Below, in pieces: positions 27,861 to 38,021 of a stretch of DNA of 64,000 nt. Within the stretch, counting starts at the first letter, position 1, and each line of letters begins with the position of its first letter. A model generated the notes under the pieces. It saw only the letters and a program-made list of their open reading frames with translations, was not told where the DNA came from and made no database searches. The translations under genes were made by a program, and so were the position numbers. The stretch comes from Gammaproteobacteria bacterium (GTDB lineage: Bacteria > Pseudomonadota > Gammaproteobacteria > SZUA-152), in NCBI GenBank assembly GCA_021647705.1, contig JAKIUF010000014.1:1577-65576 (forward strand). Reading direction: 5' to 3'.

Positions 27861-27894
27861 AGGATTAACAATCATTTTAATGGTGTAATAACCT

Positions 27895-28458
27895 ATGAAT
27901 AACAATGAGCCGCATGAGCCACAGGAATCTGATTCGGTAAACCCACACCGTCGTCTGGGCATGAAAATGACCATCGCCATGTGGGTGGTGATCATGGGCC
28001 TGCTGGTCATGTTCTTTCATTCATGGCAGGAAAAACAACATAACCCCAATCAGAATTTATCGTTGAACCTGGAGGCCGACGGTACGCGAGAGCTGGCTTT
28101 GCAACGCAATCGTTTTGGGCATTATGTGGCCAGCGGCAGCATTAACAATACGCCAGTGGTTTTTTTGCTGGATACAGGGGCCAGTGATGTGTCTGTGCCC
28201 GAGGAACTGGCACAGAAAATCGGCCTGAAACGCGGCAGACCGATGATATACCAAACCGCCAATGGCACAATCACTGTATATGCCACCCGTCTGGATAGAG
28301 TGGATTTGGGTGGCATTGTGCTGGGACAGGTACGCGCATCGATCAACCCCAACATGCAGGGCAATAAAGTATTGCTGGGCATGAGCTTTTTAAAGCACCT
28401 GGAATTTACCCAACGAGGTGACACACTTATTCTCAGACAATACCCGCCATTGTCATAA
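27895..28458 (+). CDS. retropepsin-like (clan AA) aspartic protease, membrane-anchored
   Basis: 187 aa. One TM helix (TIAMWVVIMGLLVMFF), the active-site motif FLLDTGASDVSV, and C-terminal LLGMSFLKHLEF. Confidence 0.75.
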   Translation: MNNNEPHEPQESDSVNPHRRLGMKMTIAMWVVIMGLLVMFFHSWQEKQHNPNQNLSLNLEADGTRELALQRNRFGHYVASGSINNTPVVFLLDTGASDVSVPEELAQKIGLKRGRPMIYQTANGTITVYATRLDRVDLGGIVLGQVRASINPNMQGNKVLLGMSFLKHLEFTQRGDTLILRQYPPLS

Positions 28459-28591
28459 ATAAACTACTCTACGGCAAGCTATCTCGCTACACGAAGAAGG
28501 GTATTACAACTACCAGTTCAAACGCTTACGCAGCAAGCTGCGGGGAATTAAACCCAAAGAGATTAAAACGGGAAAAGTCAGATTCAAAAAA

Positions 28592-29101
28592 TCAATATTG
28601 ACGGGTTATTTCAAAGGCGGCAATTGAACAGGCCATCGCTACATTCATTGAAGAATTCTTCCCAAGCATCGGAATATGAATCGTAATGTCCGACAGATCA
28701 AGCAGTGCTTGATTAACACCTGCATTTTCAGACCCTAAAACAAGACATATCTTTTCATTTTTTGAAATGTCGAGATTTTTTATATCGATACTTGAGGAAG
28801 TGATTTCCAAGCTGATAATCGTATAACCTGAATGTTTAAGGCTTTCTATTATTCTGACCGGGTCTTTTTCATAAACATACGGCACATATTTTTCGGTGGA
28901 CCGTGATGTTTTCTTGATTTTTCTATTAGGGGGAACGATTGATGTCCCGGATAAATATATTTTCTCCACGCCAAGCGCATCGGCAATTCTGAACAAACTC
29001 CCGACATTCGTAGGCACGTCAATATCATGCCCCAAAAAACAAAGAGGATATTTTGTTGATGTTAAGCGATGCTGACCATGGCCGGATTGTATGTTTTCCA
29101 T
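28592..29101 (-). CDS. TrmH/SpoU-family RNA 2'-O-methyltransferase
   Basis: Start placed at MENIQSGHGQ (ATG 29101-29099), which removes the overlap of the tracked 286-aa ORF with ychJ. SpoU motifs are present: NVGSLFRIADALG, LVLGSENAGV, IPMLGKNSSMNVAMA. Confidence 0.75.
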   Translation of the reverse strand: MENIQSGHGQHRLTSTKYPLCFLGHDIDVPTNVGSLFRIADALGVEKIYLSGTSIVPPNRKIKKTSRSTEKYVPYVYEKDPVRIIESLKHSGYTIISLEITSSSIDIKNLDISKNEKICLVLGSENAGVNQALLDLSDITIHIPMLGKNSSMNVAMACSIAAFEITRQY

Positions 29102-29108
29102 TGCGGAT

Positions 29109-29591
29109 TCAACCGCAGCATTTTTTATATTTCTTTCCACTGCCACAAGGACAAGGCTCATTGCGACCGACTTTGGGTGACTCTCTGCGCACGGGTTGCT
29201 GATCCAACCCATCGACATAAAACCAACGCTCTCCATCGTGAATGAATTCACTGATTTCATGTAATTGTGAGGGCTTTTTGCCAACATTGCAGCTGGCAAT
29301 AAATTCAACAACGCCGGTTTTATCACCTTCCAACCCTGCTTCAGTACGCAGAACCGACAGTCCTGTCCAAGTGGTGTCATCACCATCATCGCTGGGATGA
29401 GGAGTATCGGGCCGGGTATCCGGGTGCCAGGTTGCCAGCAAATAATCATCATCCATGCGGGTATAGGCGGTATAGCGTGAGCGCATTAATATTTCGGCCG
29501 TAAGGGGAATTTTATCGCCCGATAAATAAGGCTCACAACAACTTGCAAAAATTTCCTGGCTGCCACAGGGACAGCGTGTTTCCTGGTTCAT
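29109..29591 (-). CDS. ychJ: YchJ-family protein (UPF0225) with SEC-C motifs at both ends
   Basis: 160 aa. N-terminal CPCGS...SCC and C-terminal [17 protein letters not shown]. Confidence 0.85.
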   Translation of the reverse strand: MNQETRCPCGSQEIFASCCEPYLSGDKIPLTAEILMRSRYTAYTRMDDDYLLATWHPDTRPDTPHPSDDGDDTTWTGLSVLRTEAGLEGDKTGVVEFIASCNVGKKPSQLHEISEFIHDGERWFYVDGLDQQPVRRESPKVGRNEPCPCGSGKKYKKCCG

Positions 29592-29663
29592 AATTGATAC
29601 CTGATAAAAGTGATGGGTCTGCGAAATAACAAATGACCTAATTCAGTTATGCGGTGAATAAGG

Positions 29664-30071
29664 CTATATTTCATCGTCTGGATGAGTATCGCTGTCAGCA
29701 AGGAAAGAAAGCGAAGCCGAGTTAATGCAATAACGTAAACCAGTGGGTGGTGGTCCGTCTTCAAACACATGGCCTAAATGGGCATCACACTGCGCACAAC
29801 GGGTTTCCGTGCGCAGCATGCCATGGCTGTGGTCAGAGATATCCTGAATGACCTTATCGTTAAGTGCTGCCCAAAAACTGGGCCAGCCACTTCCCGAATC
29901 ATATTTTTGCCGGGTATGAAACAACGGCGCATCACAGCACACACAATGATACGTGCCAACTTCTTTATGTTCATAATACTCGCCACTAAAAGGAGCTTCA
30001 GTACCACCCTCGCGGGTAATACGATATTGTTCTGTCGTGAGTTTTTGTTTCCAGTTCGTATTTTTATCCAT
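29664..30071 (-). CDS. msrB: peptide-methionine (R)-S-oxide reductase
   Basis: Start placed at [12 protein letters not shown] (ATG 30071-30069). Zinc-binding CVCC and CAQC pairs, GWPSFW, and the catalytic Cys in [11 protein letters not shown]. Confidence 0.92.
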   Translation of the reverse strand: MDKNTNWKQKLTTEQYRITREGGTEAPFSGEYYEHKEVGTYHCVCCDAPLFHTRQKYDSGSGWPSFWAALNDKVIQDISDHSHGMLRTETRCAQCDAHLGHVFEDGPPPTGLRYCINSASLSFLADSDTHPDDEI

Positions 30072-30200
30072 GTGAAGCCTCTGGACATTCCGCAGTGTTG
30101 ATCTTGTTATGCAGTATACAATACCTGTTAAAAGGGAGATAAATCGCCCCGGTATCGGCCAGAGTGATTTTCTGTCCCAGATCCGGCACAATTAGCCCGC

Positions 30201-31817
30201 TTGAATATTAACAAACAGGGGCACGCATTGTACCGCATCGCTGAACAGCGACTTTCAACATTGGTGAATCGGGGGGGTAACCGCCCACTGGCAAAAAGCC
30301 GGATTGGCCTGGAAAAAGAGAGTTTACGCGTTTCCCCGGAAGGTCATCTGGCACAAACCCAGCACCCGCTGGCATTGGGCTCGCCGTTGACGCACCCGTA
30401 CATCACCACCGACTACTCTGAAGCACTGACAGAGTTTGTAACGCCACCCTGCACCGATATTCCATCAGCACTGAATTTTCTGCGTGACACCCAACAGTTT
30501 GTATACAACGTACTAGCCGCGGCACCGGAGCACGAACGGCTCTGGGCCACCAGTATGCCCTGCGTAGTAGCAGGAGAGACCAGTATTCCTATTGCCCAAT
30601 ACGGTGATTCCAACCCAGGGGTGATGAAAACCGTTTATCGGCGTGGCTTGGGCCATCGTTATGGTCGCGTTATGCAAGTCATCGCCGGGGTACATTTTAA
30701 TTATTCTTTTCCCGATGCCTTCTGGCCCCTGTATCAGGAACTGGAACAGCACCCGGGAAACAGGCAAACATTTATTTCCGAACAATACTTCGGTTTGATT
30801 CGCAATCTGCAACGCTTCGGTTGGCTGGTGCCCTATTTGTTTGGCGCATCTCCCGCCGTGTGTAAATCTTTTTTAGGCGGCCAGCCCACCTTGCTGGATT
30901 CTTTTGACGAACACACCTATTTTCAACCCTTTGCCACCTCGTTGCGCATGGGTGATATTGGCTATCAAAATAATAAAGAAGCCGAGATGGGCGTCAAAGC
31001 TAATTACGACAGCCTGGAAACCTATACGGCCAGCCTGATGAAAGCTACTGAAACGCCCTATTCCGAATTTGAGAAACTAGGTGTGGTGGTCAACGGGCGT
31101 TACGAACAGCTCAATGCGAATATTTTACAAATCGAAAATGAATATTACAGCACCATTCGCCCCAAACAAATTGTTGACCCTTTTGAAAAACCTTCCCACG
31201 CATTACTTCGCCGTGGCGTACAATATGTGGAGCTGCGCTCTATTGATGTCAACGCTTACGACCCGTTAGGCATCAGTGAACGACAATTACATTTCCTGGA
31301 AGCCTTTCTGGTTTTTTGTTTATTACATGAAAGCCCACCCATTAGTGAACAGGAACGTAAGGACATTAACCACAATGAATTGTCCGCCGCACACCGAGGA
31401 CGTGACCCCCACTTGATGCTAAACCGGAACGGTAAAAAAATATCCTTAAAAAACTGGGCAGCTGAAATCACTGAAGCCATGACCGGAGTATGCGCATTAC
31501 TGGACAGTGGGCATGAAGACAAGCCTTATACGAATGCCCTTGCTATGCAGGCTGAGAAAATCAAAGACCCGGACCGTACTCCCTCTGCACGTATGCTGGC
31601 AGAAATGCGACAACAGGATGAAGCCTTTTTCCATTTTGCCTTGCGTATGTCACAACAACATCAAGCTTACTTCCAGGGACTGCCATCAAACCCAACCAGA
31701 GAAGCTGAGTTCATTCAACAAGCTGAGCAATCATGGGCGCGCCAACATGAACTGGAAGCCAGCAAAAAAGAACCCTTTGCTGCCTATTTACAACGATATT
31801 TTTCCCAATCTGTCTGA
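30201..31817 (+). CDS. gshA: glutamate--cysteine ligase (E. coli type)
   Basis: 538 aa, colinear with E. coli GshA as I remember it (GLEKESLRV near the N-terminus). There is no in-frame ATG near the 5' end. The start is TTG at 30201 or TTG at 30228, so the 5' end is uncertain. Confidence 0.88.
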   Translation: MNINKQGHALYRIAEQRLSTLVNRGGNRPLAKSRIGLEKESLRVSPEGHLAQTQHPLALGSPLTHPYITTDYSEALTEFVTPPCTDIPSALNFLRDTQQFVYNVLAAAPEHERLWATSMPCVVAGETSIPIAQYGDSNPGVMKTVYRRGLGHRYGRVMQVIAGVHFNYSFPDAFWPLYQELEQHPGNRQTFISEQYFGLIRNLQRFGWLVPYLFGASPAVCKSFLGGQPTLLDSFDEHTYFQPFATSLRMGDIGYQNNKEAEMGVKANYDSLETYTASLMKATETPYSEFEKLGVVVNGRYEQLNANILQIENEYYSTIRPKQIVDPFEKPSHALLRRGVQYVELRSIDVNAYDPLGISERQLHFLEAFLVFCLLHESPPISEQERKDINHNELSAAHRGRDPHLMLNRNGKKISLKNWAAEITEAMTGVCALLDSGHEDKPYTNALAMQAEKIKDPDRTPSARMLAEMRQQDEAFFHFALRMSQQHQAYFQGLPSNPTREAEFIQQAEQSWARQHELEASKKEPFAAYLQRYFSQSV

Positions 31818-32137
31818 GATCATAAACACATCTATTATCCTGGAGCCTCCAATTGAGCGGCTTGTAGCGTACCTTCAACACCCAGCGAAAGTGTGAGAAC
31901 AGCACCAACACCCGATGGTTTCTTTATGAAACTCATAAACAGAATTCGCATGGGTAAAAATACTGTTTATAGAAAAAACCAGAGATTGTTAAGACCCGCT
32001 AGCACCGAATAGATAACTTAAATTCATCTGCTGAATTTTTCTCAAAAAAATAGCCGGAGCCAAACAATAGTGTCTGACTCCAGCCGTTTACTAATGAGTG
32101 GTGTGTAAAAATACACCACTTACAGCTTAGCTGTTAC

Positions 32138-32653
32138 TTAGCAATCGCCCCCGGCGGACAAAATATCAAGAAATTCCTGGGGAATGCCCGGCCCACAAAA
32201 TGCAGCGGCAGCACCAGGGATCTGTAACCCACCTGTTGAACCACCACCCGAACCATCACCAGCGGCAGCATCATCAGGACAACAAGTGCCTGCAAGATGA
32301 AGTGTCATCATGCTTTGATAGAATGCAATTTCGGGCACATCTGCTGCATCGATTAACCCTGCACTGACACCCAATCCTAAACCTGCCTGAAAGATCTGGT
32401 TAAACGAACCATCTCCATTACCCAAAAAGACATTGAGTTTATTGCCTGGGCCACCCGTTGTAATAATATCCAGAATTTGATCAAAGTTAATATCTTGCAC
32501 AGTAACAGTCCCTGCTTCACTCCCTGAACCTCCTGAGCCTCCTGAGCCCATCATATGGTCCTGCGCAGCTGCACTGGATGTGAAAAGAGCTGCGCTCAAT
32601 AATACTGCAGCACCAATCATTCGTTTTTTTGTCTTAATTTTCAATAGATCCAT
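32138..32653 (-). CDS. small secreted Gly/Ala-rich protein with one FG-GAP/VCBS-like motif (hypothetical)
   Basis: 171 aa. Signal peptide (RMIGAAVLLSAALFTSSAAAQ), a GSGGSGGSGS linker, VFLGNGDGSF (FG-GAP-like), and Cys residues only in the C-terminal third (TCC, FCGPG, terminal GGDC). Confidence 0.4.
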   Translation of the reverse strand: MDLLKIKTKKRMIGAAVLLSAALFTSSAAAQDHMMGSGGSGGSGSEAGTVTVQDINFDQILDIITTGGPGNKLNVFLGNGDGSFNQIFQAGLGLGVSAGLIDAADVPEIAFYQSMMTLHLAGTCCPDDAAAGDGSGGGSTGGLQIPGAAAAFCGPGIPQEFLDILSAGGDC

Positions 32654-33227
32654 CAGACTTTATCTCCTTGATTTTATACAAAACACCTACTACGGAATTA
32701 AACATGATGTTTAAATTCCGGTTAATTTTGATGCATAAAATGCATCTTTCAATAACGTCTAAAACAAGCGAGGGTAACCTCTCACATTGCATCAGGGATT
32801 ACCCTGAGTTTACTTAGATGTTATCTCTATAAACCTTTAAACTTAAGCAAAAAGTTAAAGGACTTACAGGTGGCGAGTGTATCAAAAATTGAAAAATTTG
32901 CAATCGATAAAGCCTACTATTAGCAGTGATCTATGGTAATAACCTATTGGAATTAATAGTACCAAAACTAACTTCATATAAAGTCTATGAGAAGGAAATT
33001 CGATACTTCGCAGCGACATTAAAGCTCCCTATAACAATCAGACTATTGCTCGTTATTTCACCTGCCCATGAAACGAACAAAGTTCACACTGCCTCCTTCA
33101 CCAAGCAACCACTTAAATAGCCTGCTGAAAAATCAGGCTAACTAAGTAATTTTACCCTATCAGGGTTAACCCTTTAACTTGAATGAATTACAGACGGCTT
33201 AACAAGCTCCACACCCGTTCGACATAC

Positions 33228-33384
33228 TACCCGTAGCATTTGATATTTAGGTTTAAGCGTGCATCATATTTTCTCCATGGCAAGGTAAAATGATGCGTAA
33301 TAGTCGCTTTATTGCAAGGAGTTTCAACACCATCATAGGAAAGATAGAGCATGCAACTAAAGTAAATCTTAATCGCTATGAATA
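33228..33384 (+). mobile_element. MITE family B, degenerate copy
   Basis: TACCCGTAGCATTTGATATTTAGGTTTAAGCGTGCATCATATTTTCTCCATGGCAAGG...AATCTTAATCGCTATGAATA is colinear with 42801-42959, but both termini are eroded. Confidence 0.55.
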
Positions 33385-34658
33385 TATATAAATATATTTT
33401 TTACAACATAATCATGGTCTGCTATTAAAACCCCAGCACTTTTTTTATCATCACGAGAAATTCACCATCACCTGTATTTTATTGCAACGAAAACAGTGTA
33501 AGTAATCGCTCCAAAACAGAATTATTTTATAATTAAAACTAAATTGCGGAGCATCATCACTGACACATAGGGCGATATATTATTAGCAATTTTTACTTGA
33601 TAACCGACTGACTTACAGTGTTTTTTGATTACCCTAAAAATCCTATATAAAGAAATGGATATCATGAAAAACGTTAACGATACGAAGGGACATTACCATA
33701 CTGATTGACATTTCTACCTGACTGTACGCTATTGATTACATATCGATAGTAAAATATTTCACAATACAATAATTATTCGTATCATTTTTCATGCCCATAA
33801 AATACACACATTTATTTTCAACACATTTTCCTTAGCCAGCCCGTCAGCCCGTCAGCCCGCGTAAAATTATAATCACCAGGAACATAAACATTTCACCTCA
33901 TCACCAGCATTGACTCTGAAAGACTTAAGTGAACCTATGTAGGTCAGTCATGGAATTCCATAAATACATTCATATTTGTGTAACAAATAAAGATTATTAA
34001 GTGACTATTCATAGACAAAAAATATATGTTATATACCTGTATTAACAACGCTCACCTAAAAACTCAAAGGGGAGGGGTAGTCCTGTTTCTATAATTTTTA
34101 TGGTCCGATTTAATATATTCCCCATGACTCTAAAAACTTTTGGGGATTAACGGGATAATAATTCAGTAAAAATAACTCTACCCATCAGAACGGAATACCA
34201 TGTATGCGCTTTACATGATTACTGGAAAACTGTATTAGCAAAAAATATCAATGAATTTATAAGCCCATTAAAAGACATAAGGACTATTGAAAAATAGTCC
34301 AATATTGGGATTCCTAACGGTGTATTAGACAGTATTGATATTTTGATCAACGGTACAACGCCCGGATAATCATCTGATCAAATAGTTTCATAGATAGATA
34401 CAAGGAAAATATTCAAAAACTTACAATCGATGACTGTTGATCATGCCTCCTCTAAAAAACTATATTAACGCGCATGGAATTCCGTATAATGGACCTCTCT
34501 TTAATGGGATGTATGTTATATATACAAACCGTTACACCAATGAAATCTGGCATACGAACTAATGATGATGAGGAAGAAACGATAATACGAAAATCAAGCA
34601 ATACGGGCCCACATAGTTGATGGAATATTAGCATGGGCATAACAGGGAACAGGGAGAA

Positions 34659-36152
34659 ATGTTAAATATGCTTATAAAAAATCAGCAAAAGTTACTGGAA
34701 CAACTACTTAGCAGTGTCAATCATGAACAAAAAATCTGGCTGGCTGGCTATATGCAGGGTCAAATTGGAACCGTTAATGCCAATACAGCAACCGGTATCC
34801 CTAATATAGAAAAACCACCTGCGATAATTTATTTCGCAACAGAAACGGGCAACGCCAAGGGATTGTCACTTCAAGTGATGAAAGCAATAAAGGCCGAAGG
34901 GTACAAAGTGAAAACTTCGGCCGTTAACCGTTTAAAAGTTAAAGACATAAAACCAGACACGATGACAATATTCATTGTCAGCACACACGGTGAAGGTGAC
35001 CCGCCAGAAAGCGCCCTTCCCTTTTTTGAAGACCTTCAGAATGCAGGTGATGGGCAACTCAATGGATTAAACTATGCGGTGGCAGGGCTGGGTGATGCCA
35101 GTTATGAAATATTCTGTGGCGCGGCAACCAAAATGGATAAAGAATTACAACGCCTCGGTGGAAAATCGTTTCAGGATCCATTTCTATTTGATGTTGATTA
35201 CGCAACTCATACCTCGGCATGGATTGGACAAACGGTTAAATCCATAAACGATCTGGTGGGTGCAAATACTTCCGTTGCAGAAGAAACTTTATCATTAGAA
35301 GAAGAGTTGATAGTACGTACTGGGAAAGGCTACACACGCCTAGAGCCCGTTAAAGGCGTTGTAAAGCATATTGTCTGCTTGAACGACATTGACTCAACCC
35401 GACAAACCTTTCATATCGAAATAGAATATGAAGACGATATCATTTATACCTGTGGAGATGCTGCCGGGGTTATGCTGCCCGATAAAGACCATAATGGCGA
35501 CAACACACCACGACTTTATTCCATCTCCTCCTCTCCCTCTTACCATGAGGGAGAAATCCACCTGACCGTGGCACTGGCAACACATGAAAATGAAGATGGT
35601 GGTATGGGATATGGTACATATTCCAGATATTTGGCAGATCGTCAGGAAGGTGACGAAATTGAGTTTTATATTCACCAAAATCAGATTTTTAATTTAGCCG
35701 CAGATAATAAGGACATCATTATGATCGGCCCCGGCACAGGCATTGCCCCATTCAGGTCTTTCATTTATGAGCGCTCGGAACGTGGAGCCGCAGGACGCAA
35801 CTGGTTATTTTTTGGCGCTCAACATATGCATTGTGATTTTCTTTACCAGACTGAATGGCAAGAACATCTGGCCACTGAAACACTGCATAAAATCGATTTA
35901 GCCTTCTCACGTGATCAGACACATAAAGTTTATGTGCAGGATCGCCTGAAAGAAAAGGCAAAAGATATTGTGGAGTGGATTGATAATGGAGCAATCCTTT
36001 ATCTCTGTGGAACCAGAGACCCAATGAGTAAAGATATTGATCAAGCGTTGATTGATATTATTGCCGCACAGAAGTCTTTATCCCCCGAAGAGGCCGCAAA
36101 TTTTGTTGCTGATTTAGAAGAAAATGACCGTTATTTAAAGGATGTTTACTAA
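34659..36152 (+). CDS. cysJ: sulfite reductase (NADPH) flavoprotein subunit, short form lacking the connecting domain
   Basis: 497 aa. CysJ N-terminus (QKIWLAGYMQG), flavodoxin motifs (TETGNAKGLS, STHGEGDPP), FAD motif RLYSISSS, NADPH motif GPGTGIAPFRSF, and C-terminal RYLKDVY. Only 10 residues lie between GDAAGVM and TPRLYSISSS. The stop overlaps the cysI start (TAATG). Confidence 0.85.
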   Translation: MLNMLIKNQQKLLEQLLSSVNHEQKIWLAGYMQGQIGTVNANTATGIPNIEKPPAIIYFATETGNAKGLSLQVMKAIKAEGYKVKTSAVNRLKVKDIKPDTMTIFIVSTHGEGDPPESALPFFEDLQNAGDGQLNGLNYAVAGLGDASYEIFCGAATKMDKELQRLGGKSFQDPFLFDVDYATHTSAWIGQTVKSINDLVGANTSVAEETLSLEEELIVRTGKGYTRLEPVKGVVKHIVCLNDIDSTRQTFHIEIEYEDDIIYTCGDAAGVMLPDKDHNGDNTPRLYSISSSPSYHEGEIHLTVALATHENEDGGMGYGTYSRYLADRQEGDEIEFYIHQNQIFNLAADNKDIIMIGPGTGIAPFRSFIYERSERGAAGRNWLFFGAQHMHCDFLYQTEWQEHLATETLHKIDLAFSRDQTHKVYVQDRLKEKAKDIVEWIDNGAILYLCGTRDPMSKDIDQALIDIIAAQKSLSPEEAANFVADLEENDRYLKDVY

Positions 36153-37828
36153 TGGACACAGAGATCAACAAACCGGAAAATCTTTCAGACGTTGAAGGAA
36201 TGAAAACCGCAAGCCGTGGCCTTCGTGGTGACTTGAGTGAACAGATGGAGAACCTTCTCACTGGCAATGTGAATGAAGAAGGTAAGCAACTTATTAAATT
36301 TCATGGCTCATATGTTCAAGATAACCGTGACCGACGCGCCGAGCGTGATGATAAAAAACTGGAATGGGCATATTCTTTTATGATTCGCCTGCGTATTCCA
36401 GGCGGAGATGTAAGCGCTCAACAATGGCTCGGACTGCAAGAAAGCTGTGATGACAAAGCAAGTGGTGTGATTAAAATAACTACCCGTCAAACGGTGCAGT
36501 TTCATGGCGTAGTCAAAGCCCGCATGAAGCCTGTAATGAAAGATTTTGATGCCCTTGGCCTGGATGCCATATCAGCATGCGGGGATGTAAACCGCAATGT
36601 GATGACAGGATCAAATCCTGCAATTGTGCGTTTTCATGCCGAAGTCCATGAGTATGCGCAAAAAATCAGTGAGCACTTACTACCAACAAGCAAAGCATAC
36701 AGCGAGATTTGGCTTGATGGTGAAAAGCTTCCCTCTGGACATGAAGCGGAAGAAGACCCTTTATACCAAAACCGTTATCTTCCTCGTAAGTTCAAAATTG
36801 CAATAGCCATTCCTCCGCATAACGATGTGGATACATTCATGAATGACGTAGGCCTTATCGCTGTTGGAGAAGGTGAGTATTTTGAAGGCTTTAACGTCGC
36901 GATTGGGGGTGGTTTGGGAGCAACACATGGCAACAAAAAAACCTACCCACGACGTAGCGATATCATCGGCTTTGTACCAAAAGACAAAGCGCTTGATGTC
37001 TGCTGGCAGATTGCAGCCGTGCAGCGTGATTATGGTAATCGTGAAGACCGAAAATTAGCGCGCCTGAAATATACACTTGACCGCCTGGGGCTTGGTTTTT
37101 TTGTTGGGGAACTTGAAAAACGCCTTGGCTATAAAATGGAGCCCGCACGCAATGTTCCTGCCTTTACCCACCGTGGAGATGCATTTGGATGGGTACAAGA
37201 CTATAAAGGACAATGGTATTACACCGCCTTTGTTGAAAGCGGGCGTGTTATTGATGAGAACGAATACAACATCAAGAGTGCCATGCAGGAAATTGCGGAA
37301 GCGAACTTTTGTGGATTCCGTTTTACCGGCAATCAAAATGTAATGTTCACTTACATTGCTGAAAAAGATAAACCTAAATTCGAAAGTATTTTGTCCAGGC
37401 ATGGCATTACCATTGATGCAATGAACCCGACACGTCGTGAAGCGATGGCCTGTGTAGCACTGCCGACTTGTCCACTTGCATTAGCAGAAGGACAACGTTA
37501 TTTACCAGAATTCGTGACCAAGGTTGAAGCCTTGCAAGAAAAATACGGTATTTTAAGTCGCCCGATTACTACGCGTATTACAGGGTGCCCAAACGGATGT
37601 GGCCGTTCTTATCTCGCAGAAATAGGGTTGGTTGGGAAAAACCCAGGTAAGTATGTTTTGCGCCTTGGCGGTGATTATGAGGGTGAGCGTTTAAACACGG
37701 TTTATCTTGAGGAAGCCGATGAAACAGAAATTTTAAGCACGCTGGATAATCTTCTCAATAAATACACAAGCAACAAACAAGGTACTGAAAGCTTTGGTGA
37801 TTACACACAAAGAACGCTTTTTAGCTAA
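36152..37828 (+). CDS. cysI: sulfite reductase (NADPH) hemoprotein subunit
   Basis: 558 aa. Cys cluster for the siroheme-[4Fe-4S] site (ACVALPTCPLALAE, TGCPNGCGRSYLAE). Translationally coupled to cysJ. Confidence 0.92.
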   Translation: MDTEINKPENLSDVEGMKTASRGLRGDLSEQMENLLTGNVNEEGKQLIKFHGSYVQDNRDRRAERDDKKLEWAYSFMIRLRIPGGDVSAQQWLGLQESCDDKASGVIKITTRQTVQFHGVVKARMKPVMKDFDALGLDAISACGDVNRNVMTGSNPAIVRFHAEVHEYAQKISEHLLPTSKAYSEIWLDGEKLPSGHEAEEDPLYQNRYLPRKFKIAIAIPPHNDVDTFMNDVGLIAVGEGEYFEGFNVAIGGGLGATHGNKKTYPRRSDIIGFVPKDKALDVCWQIAAVQRDYGNREDRKLARLKYTLDRLGLGFFVGELEKRLGYKMEPARNVPAFTHRGDAFGWVQDYKGQWYYTAFVESGRVIDENEYNIKSAMQEIAEANFCGFRFTGNQNVMFTYIAEKDKPKFESILSRHGITIDAMNPTRREAMACVALPTCPLALAEGQRYLPEFVTKVEALQEKYGILSRPITTRITGCPNGCGRSYLAEIGLVGKNPGKYVLRLGGDYEGERLNTVYLEEADETEILSTLDNLLNKYTSNKQGTESFGDYTQRTLFS

Positions 37829-37892
37829 AAAATACAACTACTCAGCCTAGTTTTTAGAAAAATGTAACATTATTACGTTAGGGACGTGTAAA

Positions 37893-37945
37893 TGCAAAGG
37901 GCGTAAAGAAAAACGGTACACACTTTACGTTCTTTGCATCTTTTC
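37893..37945 (+). terminator. hairpin terminator between convergent cysI and the RND pump genes
   Basis: TGCAAAGGGCGTAAAG ... CTTTACGTTCTTTGCA (16-nt arms, 2 mismatches) followed by TCTTTT. Confidence 0.55.
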
Positions 37946-38021
37946 ACCTCTGCGTTAGGTTTTCCATTACCCAAACCCTGCTAACAACCTGCACTGGCAT
38001 GAATTTTCATCAAGACTCAGG

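Noticed and set aside
29102-29452. N-terminal 117 codons of the tracked 286-aa ORF
   Set aside because: It overlaps the well-supported ychJ gene in another frame. SpoU-type similarity starts only after the internal Met at 29101.
34485-34490. TATAAT hexamer as the cysJ promoter -10 element
   Set aside because: There is no convincing -35 at 17-bp spacing, and in DNA this A+T-rich such hexamers are expected by chance.
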